Assembly: GCA_964400325.1 (NCBI GenBank)
Contig: CAYNUE010000001.1
Location: 49,867 to 113,866, forward strand
Direction of reading: 5' to 3'
DNA from: an uncultured Sangeribacter sp.
GTDB lineage: Bacteria; Bacteroidota; Bacteroidia; Bacteroidales; Muribaculaceae
DNA length: 64,000 nucleotides
The first letter of the stretch is position 1; each line of letters starts with the position of its first letter. The notes under the pieces are model-generated. The model ran no database searches. It saw nothing but the letters and a program-made list of their open reading frames with translations, and had not been told where the DNA came from. Made by a program: the position numbers and the translations under genes. This document shows positions 40,577 through 51,026 of the stretch, one piece after another.

Positions 40577-41170
40577 ATGAAAGAAAAAGATTTAGATAAG
40601 AACCTTGATAAGATCATAATCGAAGGTTTAATCAAGGAGGCAGAACAGGATAGTGCAGACTTCGCTGTTGCTATGCGCAAGATAAGCGATAAGGATTTTG
40701 AAGCTATTGTCAGAGAGTCGGGCTTAAGAACACACAAGAAGAAAAAAATGAATTTTAGAAGATTCCGTCCGTGGCTTATATCTGCAATATCAGCTGCTGC
40801 CGTGATTCTGATTGTGCTTATACCAAGTTTCAATTCGATGAATGCTCGATTGTGTGATAGTGCGCTGTATATGAGTGAAGTTTACATCACTCCGGCTAAA
40901 GGTGGATTTGATGTATCGACGGCAACTGATGAACAGATTAGAAAAGAACTTCCAGCACTTGAAGAACGGTATGAAGCGTCTATTGTCATGGACGGGGAGT
41001 CCACAACTTATACTGCTGATTTCAAAGATGCAGGTTGGACGTTGGCAGTTGCTTATTTGAAGTTACACAAAAAAGGGGATGCTGTAAGAGTTCTCAAGAC
41101 ACTCGAATCACAGACAAATGGTACGCTGTTTGGTGACCATTGTGCTAAATTGTTACGTCAACTTGAGTAA
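40577..41170 (+). CDS. Putative anti-sigma factor (TM plus TPR-like C-terminus)
   Basis: Directly follows the sigma gene; basic patch, single TM WLISAISAAAVILIVLIP, then AGWTLAVAYLK...AVRVLKTL. Confidence 0.7.
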   Translation: MKEKDLDKNLDKIIIEGLIKEAEQDSADFAVAMRKISDKDFEAIVRESGLRTHKKKKMNFRRFRPWLISAISAAAVILIVLIPSFNSMNARLCDSALYMSEVYITPAKGGFDVSTATDEQIRKELPALEERYEASIVMDGESTTYTADFKDAGWTLAVAYLKLHKKGDAVRVLKTLESQTNGTLFGDHCAKLLRQLE

Positions 41171-41230
41171 AAGTTTGTTTACCTTAATGCCGGTCTTGGT
41201 ATATGATTGTGTAACATAATTTGCATTATC

Positions 41231-41884
41231 ATGATACCAGGACCGGCTAATATTTTAAGCTGCCCATTCTGCGGTGGCACAAAAGAGGTTATGAGCCTCA
41301 TCAGTGGCAATACGCTTGGTGCCACCGTTTGGAGTGATACTCGTCGTCACTATCCTATGCTCCCTGAAGTTTCTCCTATTCAGGAGTGCCCTCACTGCCA
41401 CAAATTCTATTTTATAGAACAGGCGCAACACCAACATAGCGATGATTCGGAGTCTGTTCGCAGGAGCTTTGGTAAACTTGGAGAACTTACTTTTACACAG
41501 CTTGTCGAGGCTAAAAAACAAATGGATACACTCTCTCTTACAAAGATGCAGAGGTGGGTTCTCAATCATCAACTCTTTATGGCGTATAATGATTGTTTCC
41601 GTCGAGGCCCGGAGAAAGAATGTGTCTTGCCAACTGAGGAACAGAAACAAATATACCTTACTGCTATTGATGAATTATTGGAGGGGATAGATAAATTAGA
41701 GAGCTATGAATTATTTCATGCCGAATTGCTTCGTGAACTTGGGCGTTTTGAAGAATCCAAGCAAATCCTGCTCAGACATAAATCGGAAGAGGACAAATGG
41801 ATTGTGGAGGCTATGCTCCGTCATATCAGTCAAGCGGATTCAGAACCGTTCCTTTTGATAGAGGACGGAAACACATTGAAGTGA
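41231..41884 (+). CDS. Zn-ribbon plus TPR-like hypothetical protein
   Basis: CPFC...CPHC; AELLRELGRFEESKQIL. Confidence 0.65.
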   Translation: MIPGPANILSCPFCGGTKEVMSLISGNTLGATVWSDTRRHYPMLPEVSPIQECPHCHKFYFIEQAQHQHSDDSESVRRSFGKLGELTFTQLVEAKKQMDTLSLTKMQRWVLNHQLFMAYNDCFRRGPEKECVLPTEEQKQIYLTAIDELLEGIDKLESYELFHAELLRELGRFEESKQILLRHKSEEDKWIVEAMLRHISQADSEPFLLIEDGNTLK

Positions 41885-41910
41885 GAGAAAGCTTTTGGTT
41901 TTTAGTTTGG

Positions 41911-41935
41911 TCCCTGTCGTCATTGATGGCAGGGA
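41911..41935. terminator. Intrinsic terminator
   Basis: TCCCTGTCGTC-att-GATGGCAGGGA followed by TTTT, between convergent genes. Confidence 0.6.
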
Positions 41936-41963
41936 TTTTCTTATTCATATTTTATAAACAAGT

Positions 41964-42734
41964 TCAGACATAAAAGGCTAACCGATCGTGATATTCATAA
42001 TCGGTAATTGGCAGCATGTTGTCACTCTCTAAGCTGTATATTTGTTGAGGTGTGCTGAGGCGATTTCTGATGATGTTTCTAAGCAGTTCTCCGCGAAGTG
42101 CCTTCAGCTTTTCGGCGTATGGGGTACGTACGGAGTCGCCTTGTTGCTCTTTGAAATCAACTTTCCATACTTTTGCGAATCGCTTTACCAGTTTCCAATC
42201 TACACATTTTGCTGCGTCGGCTGGTAGAAGGTTAAGTATTTGTGTCTCGCCTGAAGCTTGTAAATCTCGAACTAATTGTATTGTTACTTTTCCTCGCCAA
42301 TAGGTGGAAAGCGGTGTGTCATTAGGAGAGACGGCTGCCTTATACTCCATACGGTAAGGTTTTATTATGTCTTCCGGTTTTAACCATCCGTACAGTGAGG
42401 ATATGATTCTTACTTTTGACGCAGCCCATTCCTTGTCACCTGAGGAAAGTGATTTGTAATCAAGTTTCTTGAACACTACTCCAGTAAATGCCTCAATAGC
42501 CTGAAATCCCATACCCTTATTAGGAAATTCATAAGCCATACGTCGCAAATTCACTGCCAGATCATAGCTTATCTTTAATGCAGTCGATATGTCAAGAACA
42601 TCCATTTCTTTAATCCGCTCCATAATCTCTGCTGCCTCTTTCTCTCCAACTGGCTGATGAGCTTCGTAGCGCTCGTAGCTAATTTCCCGCTCATGCTTCT
42701 CCATTGTCTTCGATTCAGCTATCAATATCATCAT
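41964..42734 (-). CDS. yaaA: YaaA (DUF328) peroxide stress protein
   Basis: IAESKTM, AFTGVVFK.LD, ISSLYGWLKP.D.I.PYRME, K.LRG. Confidence 0.85.
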   Translation of the reverse strand: MMILIAESKTMEKHEREISYERYEAHQPVGEKEAAEIMERIKEMDVLDISTALKISYDLAVNLRRMAYEFPNKGMGFQAIEAFTGVVFKKLDYKSLSSGDKEWAASKVRIISSLYGWLKPEDIIKPYRMEYKAAVSPNDTPLSTYWRGKVTIQLVRDLQASGETQILNLLPADAAKCVDWKLVKRFAKVWKVDFKEQQGDSVRTPYAEKLKALRGELLRNIIRNRLSTPQQIYSLESDNMLPITDYEYHDRLAFYV

Positions 42735-42871
42735 AACTATATCTTTTTTAACTTATTTAACGCGATTATATACTCTAAGTATATTTAAAATGTTCAAATC
42801 AAACTGCTATTGCTAACATGCATAAAATCTTTCATACGACGGTAGGGTGGTTTAGAGTTAGATTGTCTTAC

Positions 42872-44026
42872 TCAGTGTGTGACAATGAATTTCTTTCCGC
42901 GTGAGATGTACACGCCTGGAGGGAGTAAATCAGATGTGGAGTCGGGTATGGGTTGACCGGAGAGGGTGAAGATATGTGTGTCGGGTGCAGATGTCGGAGT
43001 TGTCGGCGATGATAGGCCAGCTGTGAGAGCATTCGAGGAAAGTAGGAAGTGAAGAGGTAGGTCAATGCGCTGTTGCCAGAACCATTCGTTGTGAGCGGCT
43101 CCTTCGGCATCGAAGGTTAAGAAATTATTGAGGGCTTCATCGTAGCCTTTGCTGTGGGCTATTTCACGTGCTCTGGTTTCATACTTTATGTAGTCTGCAT
43201 CCCAACCTTCCGTGCCGCAGTCGAGGTAGAGGCGGTGAGTCGTGGAGGAAGGCAGATGGTCGCGGAAATAATCGAGAATTGCGTCGGCACACACTTTGTC
43301 ATCGTTCATGGAATAATCCGGATTAAGATCCAGAGAGCCTATCCAATGTGTGGATAGACAAGCTGCTCCACCGAATATCTCGGGATATTCTAACATAAGA
43401 TAGAGCGAAACAAGAGCGCCCATACTTGAACCGGCTGCAAATGTATGAGAGGGGAGAGAATTGGTATTGTAAAGAGTGTCAATCAGAGGTTTCAATTCCA
43501 AGGCAACAAAAGCTGCTTCCTCATCACCAAGAAAGGTGTCGTTACAGGTAGTAAAGATAGCCGTCTGGTCATAATCATCAGGAGAAATATAGTCGAGCGC
43601 CTTCTCAGGAAAACAGTCAGATGGACGCAATCCCTCCGCACCACGATTATTTATTCCTACTATTATTGGCATGACGAAATCACTTTTGGTGTTTAGACGC
43701 ATACAGGCCTTGTCTATTTCCCAGGCTACACCTGCAAAAGTGAAAGCCGGGTCAAAAAGATTCTGTCCGTCGTGAAAATATACCACTGGATAGGCGTTTT
43801 CGGAAACTTCTGAATAGCCGTTAGGAGTCCAGACGTCAATGATGACATTATCACCGAGGTTAGATGATGTCACTGAAAGCCGTGTAATTTCACCATATTC
43901 AGATTTAGGTACGTTCTGCTTAATTATCTCGTAGGTAGGTAACAACTTGCCATAGCATACAAAACAACCTATGGCAAACAATAGGGTAATAAATGAACGT
44001 TGCCAGACTGAAACTGATTTTATCAT
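42872..44026 (-). CDS. Putative esterase (alpha/beta hydrolase) with T9SS-type C-terminal domain
   Basis: YPVVYFHDGQNLFD, GSSMGA, AHNEWFW; tail IFTLSGQ...PGVYISRGKKFIV. Confidence 0.85.
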   Translation of the reverse strand: MIKSVSVWQRSFITLLFAIGCFVCYGKLLPTYEIIKQNVPKSEYGEITRLSVTSSNLGDNVIIDVWTPNGYSEVSENAYPVVYFHDGQNLFDPAFTFAGVAWEIDKACMRLNTKSDFVMPIIVGINNRGAEGLRPSDCFPEKALDYISPDDYDQTAIFTTCNDTFLGDEEAAFVALELKPLIDTLYNTNSLPSHTFAAGSSMGALVSLYLMLEYPEIFGGAACLSTHWIGSLDLNPDYSMNDDKVCADAILDYFRDHLPSSTTHRLYLDCGTEGWDADYIKYETRAREIAHSKGYDEALNNFLTFDAEGAAHNEWFWQQRIDLPLHFLLSSNALTAGLSSPTTPTSAPDTHIFTLSGQPIPDSTSDLLPPGVYISRGKKFIVTH

Positions 44027-44046
44027 ATAAGAGTTACTTACTTATA

Positions 44047-45021
44047 TTATTCTTCGATTAGTTCGACTGGACTTTCTTCTATTTCTATACCATAAGAATT
44101 TGCACGGTTCCTATATTCTTCTGGACAGAGTTTCTCGAAGCGTTTTAGGTCTTCGTCAGAGAATAGAATTTTGTCATCTTTGCCATACTTCTCACAGTAG
44201 TTTAAAATCACAGTCATGTTGGCTTTAGACAAGAATCCAGCTTGGTCAGCATAGTACATACACTCTAACGCATTGGCAAGATACTTGTCGCTATCTTCAG
44301 GCTCAGAATTATATCTCATCAACATTCTTTGTGCAGAAATATCATAGAGGAATGGCAGCTTCTTTCCGAAAACGTGGATTTTATTCATACTCTCATCTGT
44401 ACTGCCAATGAAGAAGTTTTTAAAGCTTTCAGGCTTACTTTTTACAAGATACGAGAATCCGATGAAAAACTTATCACAGGCATCTTCAGGGGATAGTCTT
44501 GATTCAATGTAGTCAGCTCGATTTTCAGGTTGCTGTTCAAGAATATCTTTAAGAAAGTTTGCCCACTCGGGTCGAGGAGCGGGTAGGTTTTCAATTACTG
44601 AAATAGTTTCTTCTTCCGTGAGGTGTAACCTATCCAAACCGTCCATCAGATGGTTCATAAGTCCAAGTTCATCAAAATGATTTGCCTCGTATGCATCTTC
44701 AGCAATTTTTGTCCCCACCTTACCAGCAGCCTCGTAACAAATAAGAGCGTTGAACATGTTTTTTTCAATTCCACCCTTACCATAGCGGTAACATTCGGCA
44801 AGTGCTTCGTAAGCCCAAGGCTCTTTCCACTTGGCATGTTCGATAAGGTAAGGTACAGAGTCAAGCCAATTCGCATTATATTCATATATGTCCATATCAT
44901 CTGGTACAGATACTTCAAACGAAGTATCGGCATCAGCATTACGGACAGTCATTTTCTTATCGGCAAATGATGTAAAGGTTGATAGTGCTATAAGCAGAAA
45001 AAGTATAAGTTTATTATTCAT
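44047..45021 (-). CDS. Secreted Sel1-like repeat protein
   Basis: Signal peptide; AYEALAECYRYGKGGIEKNMFNALICY. Confidence 0.65.
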   Translation of the reverse strand: MNNKLILFLLIALSTFTSFADKKMTVRNADADTSFEVSVPDDMDIYEYNANWLDSVPYLIEHAKWKEPWAYEALAECYRYGKGGIEKNMFNALICYEAAGKVGTKIAEDAYEANHFDELGLMNHLMDGLDRLHLTEEETISVIENLPAPRPEWANFLKDILEQQPENRADYIESRLSPEDACDKFFIGFSYLVKSKPESFKNFFIGSTDESMNKIHVFGKKLPFLYDISAQRMLMRYNSEPEDSDKYLANALECMYYADQAGFLSKANMTVILNYCEKYGKDDKILFSDEDLKRFEKLCPEEYRNRANSYGIEIEESPVELIEE

Positions 45022-45337
45022 ATTCTGGAGTATTATGGGTGATGTTTCTATTTGAAAGCAGTGTAGATAAGTTACTTATGACAATATATTCTCATCAGAT
45101 TCCTTGAAAATTTATAGTCTACTGGTTAAGCATCATCTTTTAACCTAACGAATAATACCTTGATTCATTATGTTTTGTTACTGCCAATCCCTTACAGAAG
45201 TTGACTTTTAAGTTCTGTGCCGTTCTGTGTTACAGATAGGTGCGACGTTCCAGCGAGCAAAGCGAGCCCAGTTCAGTGTCGTTACTTTGTGGTCTGGAAC
45301 AGTCTATCAGTTCTCCTTTTGAATGAAAGAGCCGTGA

Positions 45338-45997
45338 TTAGAGAGTTGGGGAGAGCTTATCAGGTTTACGGATTTTCTTCAAGGCCTTGCGGAAAGGAAT
45401 GTTGAGAGAGTGTTTTGGATACTCCTCAAGGTTCAGTATGGGGTCTAAAGCCTGTATCATGGCAGTTTTTATCTCCTTTGGATTAGGATAGGGACGGAAT
45501 AGAAATAGGTTGTTATCCTTTATCCATTTAGTTAGCTGCGCTTCGTCTGCAGCAGTGAATTTTGTCTTGAAATTTTTCTTCCCTACTTCTCCTGGACTAC
45601 GGTATATCTGCGTCAAATCCATCATTGCACCAACTGATTTCCGGAACGTAGACTGTCCCGAATTGTTGCGGGTAAAGTATTTGTCATACTCCCTGTTGCG
45701 AAGCGAGTCCTGACTCCTGCCGACATAGATAAGTTCGTAGGTTTCTCCCTTATAGTTGATGAGACACGGTATGTAAGACATATCAATATCGGGCAATTGG
45801 CTTCCGTGACGTAGAAGAATAGCATAGTTTCCAGGCTCTTCAGGAATAACAGCCTTACTATCCTTGATGGGGTCAAAGAGCGTGAACGAATCCAAATCCT
45901 TTACGTCAAATGTGTCTGAAGTGTCTGAACTGTTTTCGTCGAAATTATGGTTCGTTACGTCTGGTGTAATATCCTTGACAGATTTATCTTTTGGCAT
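45338..45997 (-). CDS. GIY-YIG-like nuclease family protein
   Basis: PGNYAI...LIYVGRS..SLRNR, SGQSTFRKSVG, terminal P.LNL. Confidence 0.7.
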   Translation of the reverse strand: MPKDKSVKDITPDVTNHNFDENSSDTSDTFDVKDLDSFTLFDPIKDSKAVIPEEPGNYAILLRHGSQLPDIDMSYIPCLINYKGETYELIYVGRSQDSLRNREYDKYFTRNNSGQSTFRKSVGAMMDLTQIYRSPGEVGKKNFKTKFTAADEAQLTKWIKDNNLFLFRPYPNPKEIKTAMIQALDPILNLEEYPKHSLNIPFRKALKKIRKPDKLSPTL

Positions 45998-46074
45998 ATT
46001 GGATAATTTTAAGATAGCTAAGTACTCTAATAATCTTCCCTCAATTTGAAGATGGTATGTCAGAAGATTAAAAA

Positions 46075-47001
46075 TCAATGTTTGGTACTGTGAGCCTTAG
46101 CATAATTTACAAGAATCACACCAGCTACTATAATCACGAATGAAACAGGCTGATACCAATGAAAAGAGTCCATCTTTGCAGCGATAGCTACCACCGTGGT
46201 AATGACAGGTACAAGATACTGATAGAAGGCAAGTACTTCGCTGCCTACAAGACGTATGGCTGGAGGCGTAACCATATAGCAATATACAGTAGGGAAGAGG
46301 ATGATAAATCCGAGCAGAAGCCATGGCAAAGCTTTTCCGTGAGTGAGAATAGGCATGTGGGTCGGAATAGTAAATATGAGTGGCAGAGCCAGTATGGCAG
46401 TGAAAAGGAATACCCATTTCATCAGACTAATAGTGCCGTATTTATGAGATGGCCCTTCGATAATGACAAGATAAATTGCGTATGTAATGGCACATACCAC
46501 TGCGAAAAGATCACCGACAAAACGTCCGGAATCCAAGCTGCCTCCTCCTAAGATGACGAGTAACGCTCCGCCAAGAGCAATAACCATACCGACAATTTCA
46601 AGTATCGACACATGCTCATGCTTGAAGATAGCATTGATGACTACTACCAAAATGGGCTGAAAAGTAAGTATGATGGCAATATCAATAGGAGAAGCCGTAT
46701 TGAAAGCGAGAGAAAATACATATACGAAGCCAAGCATCATGACGGCTGAGCCCCAAAGCAGTTTCCAATCGCCTCGTTGTATTTTTTCTTTTTTGAAAAA
46801 TAAAGACAATATCCAAATAATCAACGTGGCACCAAAAATACGTCCTAATGCCACGCCCGACGCAGAAATCCAATCGGGAATAATAGCCTTGTTAGCTGGT
46901 TCATTAAGACCCCAGCAGATAGAAGTAGAAAGGGCAAGCAGATTGCCCCAAATCATAGCGGAAAATCGACTCTTCTGAGCCGGCGATTGTGCTTCATTCA
47001 T
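46075..47001 (-). CDS. DMT/EamA family transporter
   Basis: About 10 TM segments; CWGLN, GDLFAV, YQYLVP. Confidence 0.9.
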   Translation of the reverse strand: MNEAQSPAQKSRFSAMIWGNLLALSTSICWGLNEPANKAIIPDWISASGVALGRIFGATLIIWILSLFFKKEKIQRGDWKLLWGSAVMMLGFVYVFSLAFNTASPIDIAIILTFQPILVVVINAIFKHEHVSILEIVGMVIALGGALLVILGGGSLDSGRFVGDLFAVVCAITYAIYLVIIEGPSHKYGTISLMKWVFLFTAILALPLIFTIPTHMPILTHGKALPWLLLGFIILFPTVYCYMVTPPAIRLVGSEVLAFYQYLVPVITTVVAIAAKMDSFHWYQPVSFVIIVAGVILVNYAKAHSTKH

Positions 47002-47506
47002 AGTGGTTTTTTCTCTTATTAACACCCCCCTCCGACAGATAGTTTAACCCCAGCCTTCTTCCTTATCCCATCATGCCCTAAAACTGAAAACTCTATAGTA
47101 CGCCTCCATCTCCTACTTCATTGAATTGAGGCTATTTTTGTTGCGCTACCATCCCAATCTCTTAGTAAGAGATAAGTATTTATATTGCAAAGATAGCTAA
47201 ATTTCTGCAAATGAGTCCTACAGCAAATAAATTAAATTTTAATATCCCGTAATTTTAACACCTTTCTGTTTAATTATTGAGCTACTCAGGCTAATTAATA
47301 AAAAATTTATTCTCAAAATTAGGGAGTTAGGGTACATCCTAATCTCTTACTAAAAGATGATGTCAAGTAGCTTTATATAAGCTGGTTGTTATATGAATTT
47401 GATATAGGATTTACTCGTTTTATCTAAATTCATGGCAAATATCTTGATAATGTTTTATGATTCATCAAGTAACTTGTCAAGATAGGCTCTGTAATAAATC
47501 AAGATT

Positions 47507-47884
47507 ATGAAACATTTTAAAGCATCAGAAACGACCTTATTTTTTAATACCAGAGATGAAATGATTAAGGTAAAGTTGGATCGAGTGGCTTATTTTGAGG
47601 CTGATTCTAATTATTGCCACGTCGTTTTCATCAATGGCGCAAAAGCAACCTTGCTAACCAGTCTGGTTAATATTGAGTCACTTCTTACGGAGCGCTTTAA
47701 AGGTGACAATCCGATGTTCATACGTATTGGTAAAAGATATATAGTGAACAAGCAATATGTCTTTCAAATCAATATCCAGCGGCAGAAACTGATTTTGAGT
47801 GATTATATCATACCAAATGTTTTGGAAATATCTATTTCGAAAGAAGCACTGAAGAATTTAAAGCAACTCTACTCGAATACATGA
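47507..47884 (+). CDS. Stand-alone LytTR DNA-binding regulator
   Basis: VAYFEADSNYC, FIRIGKRYIVN, ISKE; no receiver domain. Confidence 0.88.
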   Translation: MKHFKASETTLFFNTRDEMIKVKLDRVAYFEADSNYCHVVFINGAKATLLTSLVNIESLLTERFKGDNPMFIRIGKRYIVNKQYVFQINIQRQKLILSDYIIPNVLEISISKEALKNLKQLYSNT

Positions 47885-48603
47885 AAGAAATAATCATAGG
47901 TCGAAAAGGTACACAGAAGACTCCTATAAACGACTTAACTGTAAGTCGAGAGCACTGTAAAGTGATAGACAATGGTGACGGGACCTTTACCATTGAAAAT
48001 CTAAGTCAGTCTGGCACCAAGATTGACGGACGCGATATTATTCGTGCAAAAGCTAATCTTAATAGCCGACTCCAACTTGGTCAGTCATTTTCTGCTACTC
48101 TTGTCGAATTAATTGGCAAACCTGAGCAATCGAAATACACTAAGTCTATAGATAAGAGTGTGGCGCAGTCAGCAGTAAACGAAATGTCCGCTCAACAAGC
48201 TCAGCAGAAAGAAGTCAAAACGTATAACATCTCGCATTTGCGTCGTGTATGGGATGACTTCAATCAGACTAATATAGAGATGGCCGACCAACAGCGAAAG
48301 ATTAATCTCACAAGGACAGGTCTTGGGATTTTTACAATGTGTGCCATGCCGACAATCTTCTTTTTTGGTCCTATTGGTTACGGACTTACTGCTATCGGTA
48401 TTTTGGGAAATATATACAGTTTTGCCGGTATGAGAAATGCGGAGACAGTAGAAGACCGTCAGCGTCGGCAAGATGCGTTTGATGACGCATGGATTTGCCC
48501 TAATCCAGACTGTGGAAGAACTCTGCTTGCGAAAAACTACAAGATGTTAGTACGCAACTACCAGTCCTGTCCTTACTGCAAATGTAAATATATTGAAAAA
48601 TGA
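47881..48603 (+). CDS. FHA-domain membrane protein with C-terminal Zn ribbon
   Basis: IIIGR, VSREH and S.SGT FHA motifs; TM hairpin; CPNPDC...CPYC. Confidence 0.85.
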   Translation: MKEIIIGRKGTQKTPINDLTVSREHCKVIDNGDGTFTIENLSQSGTKIDGRDIIRAKANLNSRLQLGQSFSATLVELIGKPEQSKYTKSIDKSVAQSAVNEMSAQQAQQKEVKTYNISHLRRVWDDFNQTNIEMADQQRKINLTRTGLGIFTMCAMPTIFFFGPIGYGLTAIGILGNIYSFAGMRNAETVEDRQRRQDAFDDAWICPNPDCGRTLLAKNYKMLVRNYQSCPYCKCKYIEK

Positions 48604-49328
48604 GACTTGTCATCATCTTTGTTCTTACACTGATAGGCTTGTTTTTTGCCTCTGCTGAAACTTATGTGGTATGTGTAGGCATTGGCAATTATGCGGATCC
48701 TAAAGTACATAATCTCGCCAAGACAGAGCAGGATGCAAAAGCAATGGCTGAATTTTTTAAGCTAGGTACAGACAATGTGATTATAATCACTGGGAAATAT
48801 GCCACAAAGACTCAGATTATAAAGAGTCTCAAAAGTCAGTTTTCACGGGCAAGTAAAGAAGATAAAATAATCTTCTACTTTAGCGGTCATGGGTACCCTG
48901 GAGGTTTTTGTCCATATGAAATGCGCCAACTTGAAGATGGTCTGACCTACGATGAGGTCCTCGCTATAATGAAAACATCGGTAGCACAGAATAAATTCAT
49001 CTTCGCAGATGCATGTAATAGTGGTGCTATACGTAAAGGTAAGAATGTACTGAGTCCCGAGGTTGGCAACGTCGTGTTTTTCCTTTCATCGCGCGGAAAT
49101 GAATATTCTATAGAGTCACCTTTTCTTGCAAACGGTTACTTTACCAAACACTTGCTTCGTGGACTTGGAGGCGGGGCCGACGCTGATCGAGATCGTAACA
49201 TTACAGTAGCTGAATTGTTTGAGTATGTTAGCCACGGAGTTAAGACTCAGACCAATGATAAACAACATCCTGTTATGTGGGGCAAATTCCCCGAAAATTT
49301 GGTGATAGTTCACTATGGCAAAAAGTAG
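48600..49328 (+). CDS. Exported caspase-family (peptidase C14) protein
   Basis: Signal peptide; VGIGNY, FYFSGHG, DACNSG, GYFTKHLLRGL.G.AD, QHP. Confidence 0.9.
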   Translation: MRLVIIFVLTLIGLFFASAETYVVCVGIGNYADPKVHNLAKTEQDAKAMAEFFKLGTDNVIIITGKYATKTQIIKSLKSQFSRASKEDKIIFYFSGHGYPGGFCPYEMRQLEDGLTYDEVLAIMKTSVAQNKFIFADACNSGAIRKGKNVLSPEVGNVVFFLSSRGNEYSIESPFLANGYFTKHLLRGLGGGADADRDRNITVAELFEYVSHGVKTQTNDKQHPVMWGKFPENLVIVHYGKK

Positions 49329-49425
49329 GTTATTAATTATTCAAGCCATTTAGTCAAATATACTTTTAATTCTTAAGTATAAAAAGTTATTGAGTATTAA
49401 ATTTGAATCTAAAAATAAAACGGCA

Positions 49426-51021
49426 ATGCATCTTACAAGTGGTACATCACTTCAAAACGGAAAATACAGAATAATACGACTCCTTGGACAGGGGGGATTC
49501 GGCCTTACATATCTTGCTGAACATACAATGCTTGACAAGAAGATAGCTATAAAGGAGTTTTTCCCAAAGGAATATTGTGACCGTGATGCTACGAGTCATA
49601 TTACCATAGGGACGCAAAATAACATTGAACTGGTTGCCCAACTTAAAAATAAGTTTATCAAAGAGGCAAGAAATATCTCACGCCTCCATCACCCTAATAT
49701 TATTACGATTCACGATGTGTTTCAAGAGAATGATACTGCTTACTATGTGATGGAGTTTGTAGATGGGGCATCTCTTTCAGAGATTGTGAAACAACATGGC
49801 GCTATGTCGGAGTCTGAGGCCGTCCGCTATATTCTTAAGATTGCTGAAGCTGTTGGGTATATGCATTCTTTGAGCATGAACCATCTTGACTTGAAACCAG
49901 CCAATATTATGGTGCGTCAGTCAGATGGAGAACCAATCTTGATAGACTTTGGCCTGTCTAAGCAGTATAATGCCAGTGGAGACCAAACCTCTACAACTCC
50001 AGTAGGGATTAGTCATGGTTTTGCTCCGATAGAACAATATCGTCCCGGAGGTGTGGCAACGTTCACACCCCAAACTGATGTTTATGCGTTAGGTGCAACT
50101 TTCTATAATCTGTTGACTGGTATGGTACCTCCTCATTATAGCGACATCCTTGAAGATGGTCTGCCAGAATTTCCACAGTCTATATCTAAAGAAGTCGCTA
50201 AGGTTGTGGAACATGCAATGGAAATAAAGAAGAATAAACGTCCGGCAACAATTGATGCGTTCGTTTCTGAGCTTTCTGGCTATGCTGTATGTGAAAGTAG
50301 TACTTCGGATATAAAAGAGAATACAACACAGGGAGTCCAAGTTTTGAAGGTTACACCCGTTTACAAATATTCTAAAGCTACTCCAGAAAAAAACGAAGAA
50401 TGTAAAGAAAAGAAAGAAATAGAAGCTGATGATAGTGGTATCGCCATAGAAGACTCAACCGTTATCCTTCCCACCGCTTCAGAGAACATCCCTACATGCA
50501 GTGTGGAAACATCAAATTTAGAGAAAAAAGATGAGATTTGTATAGAATTGCCAAATTCATTTATCGGAGGAATTGAGTTTGTAGATCTTGGACTTTCGGT
50601 TAAATGGGCTACTATGAATGTAGAAGCTGAGTCCCCGACCGATGCCGGGATATTTATTGATACTGAGAATAACGAAAATATAGAAATAATAATTCAATAT
50701 TGTGAACAAGGGGCAAGTGTACCGACTAAAGCACAATTTGAAGAATTGCGAAATAATTGCACTTGGGAATGGACTGAATTTAGAAGTCATGGTGGATATA
50801 TGGTGCATGGTAAGAATGGAAACTCGATCTTTCTGCCTTTCACTAGTGAGGGTTCAGATATAAGTTTTTGCACATCAGGAAAACTGTATACAAAAGAAGC
50901 TTTTAATGAACGTAATTCAACCTTGAAACGTAGTTTCTTTTACTTTTCCCATGGAGACACGTATCGTGTCAGAAGTTCAAAGGAACGTCAGTGCCCAGTA
51001 AGGTTAGTATTAGAATCATAA
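49426..51021 (+). CDS. Hanks Ser/Thr kinase K1 with C-terminal VDLGLSVKWA (DUF1566/CLec-like) domain
   Basis: GQGGFG, AIKE, HLDLKPAN, DFG, APIE; VDLGLSVKWATMN...PTKAQFEEL..NCTW...GKNGNSIFLP...PVRLV. Confidence 0.9.
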   Translation: MHLTSGTSLQNGKYRIIRLLGQGGFGLTYLAEHTMLDKKIAIKEFFPKEYCDRDATSHITIGTQNNIELVAQLKNKFIKEARNISRLHHPNIITIHDVFQENDTAYYVMEFVDGASLSEIVKQHGAMSESEAVRYILKIAEAVGYMHSLSMNHLDLKPANIMVRQSDGEPILIDFGLSKQYNASGDQTSTTPVGISHGFAPIEQYRPGGVATFTPQTDVYALGATFYNLLTGMVPPHYSDILEDGLPEFPQSISKEVAKVVEHAMEIKKNKRPATIDAFVSELSGYAVCESSTSDIKENTTQGVQVLKVTPVYKYSKATPEKNEECKEKKEIEADDSGIAIEDSTVILPTASENIPTCSVETSNLEKKDEICIELPNSFIGGIEFVDLGLSVKWATMNVEAESPTDAGIFIDTENNENIEIIIQYCEQGASVPTKAQFEELRNNCTWEWTEFRSHGGYMVHGKNGNSIFLPFTSEGSDISFCTSGKLYTKEAFNERNSTLKRSFFYFSHGDTYRVRSSKERQCPVRLVLES

Positions 51022-51026
51022 GTAAT

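Noticed and set aside
33945-41170. Type III-E CRISPR Craspase locus
   Set aside because: No Cas7-11, Csx30/31-like gene or array is recognisable; only the CHAT plus sigma analogy holds.
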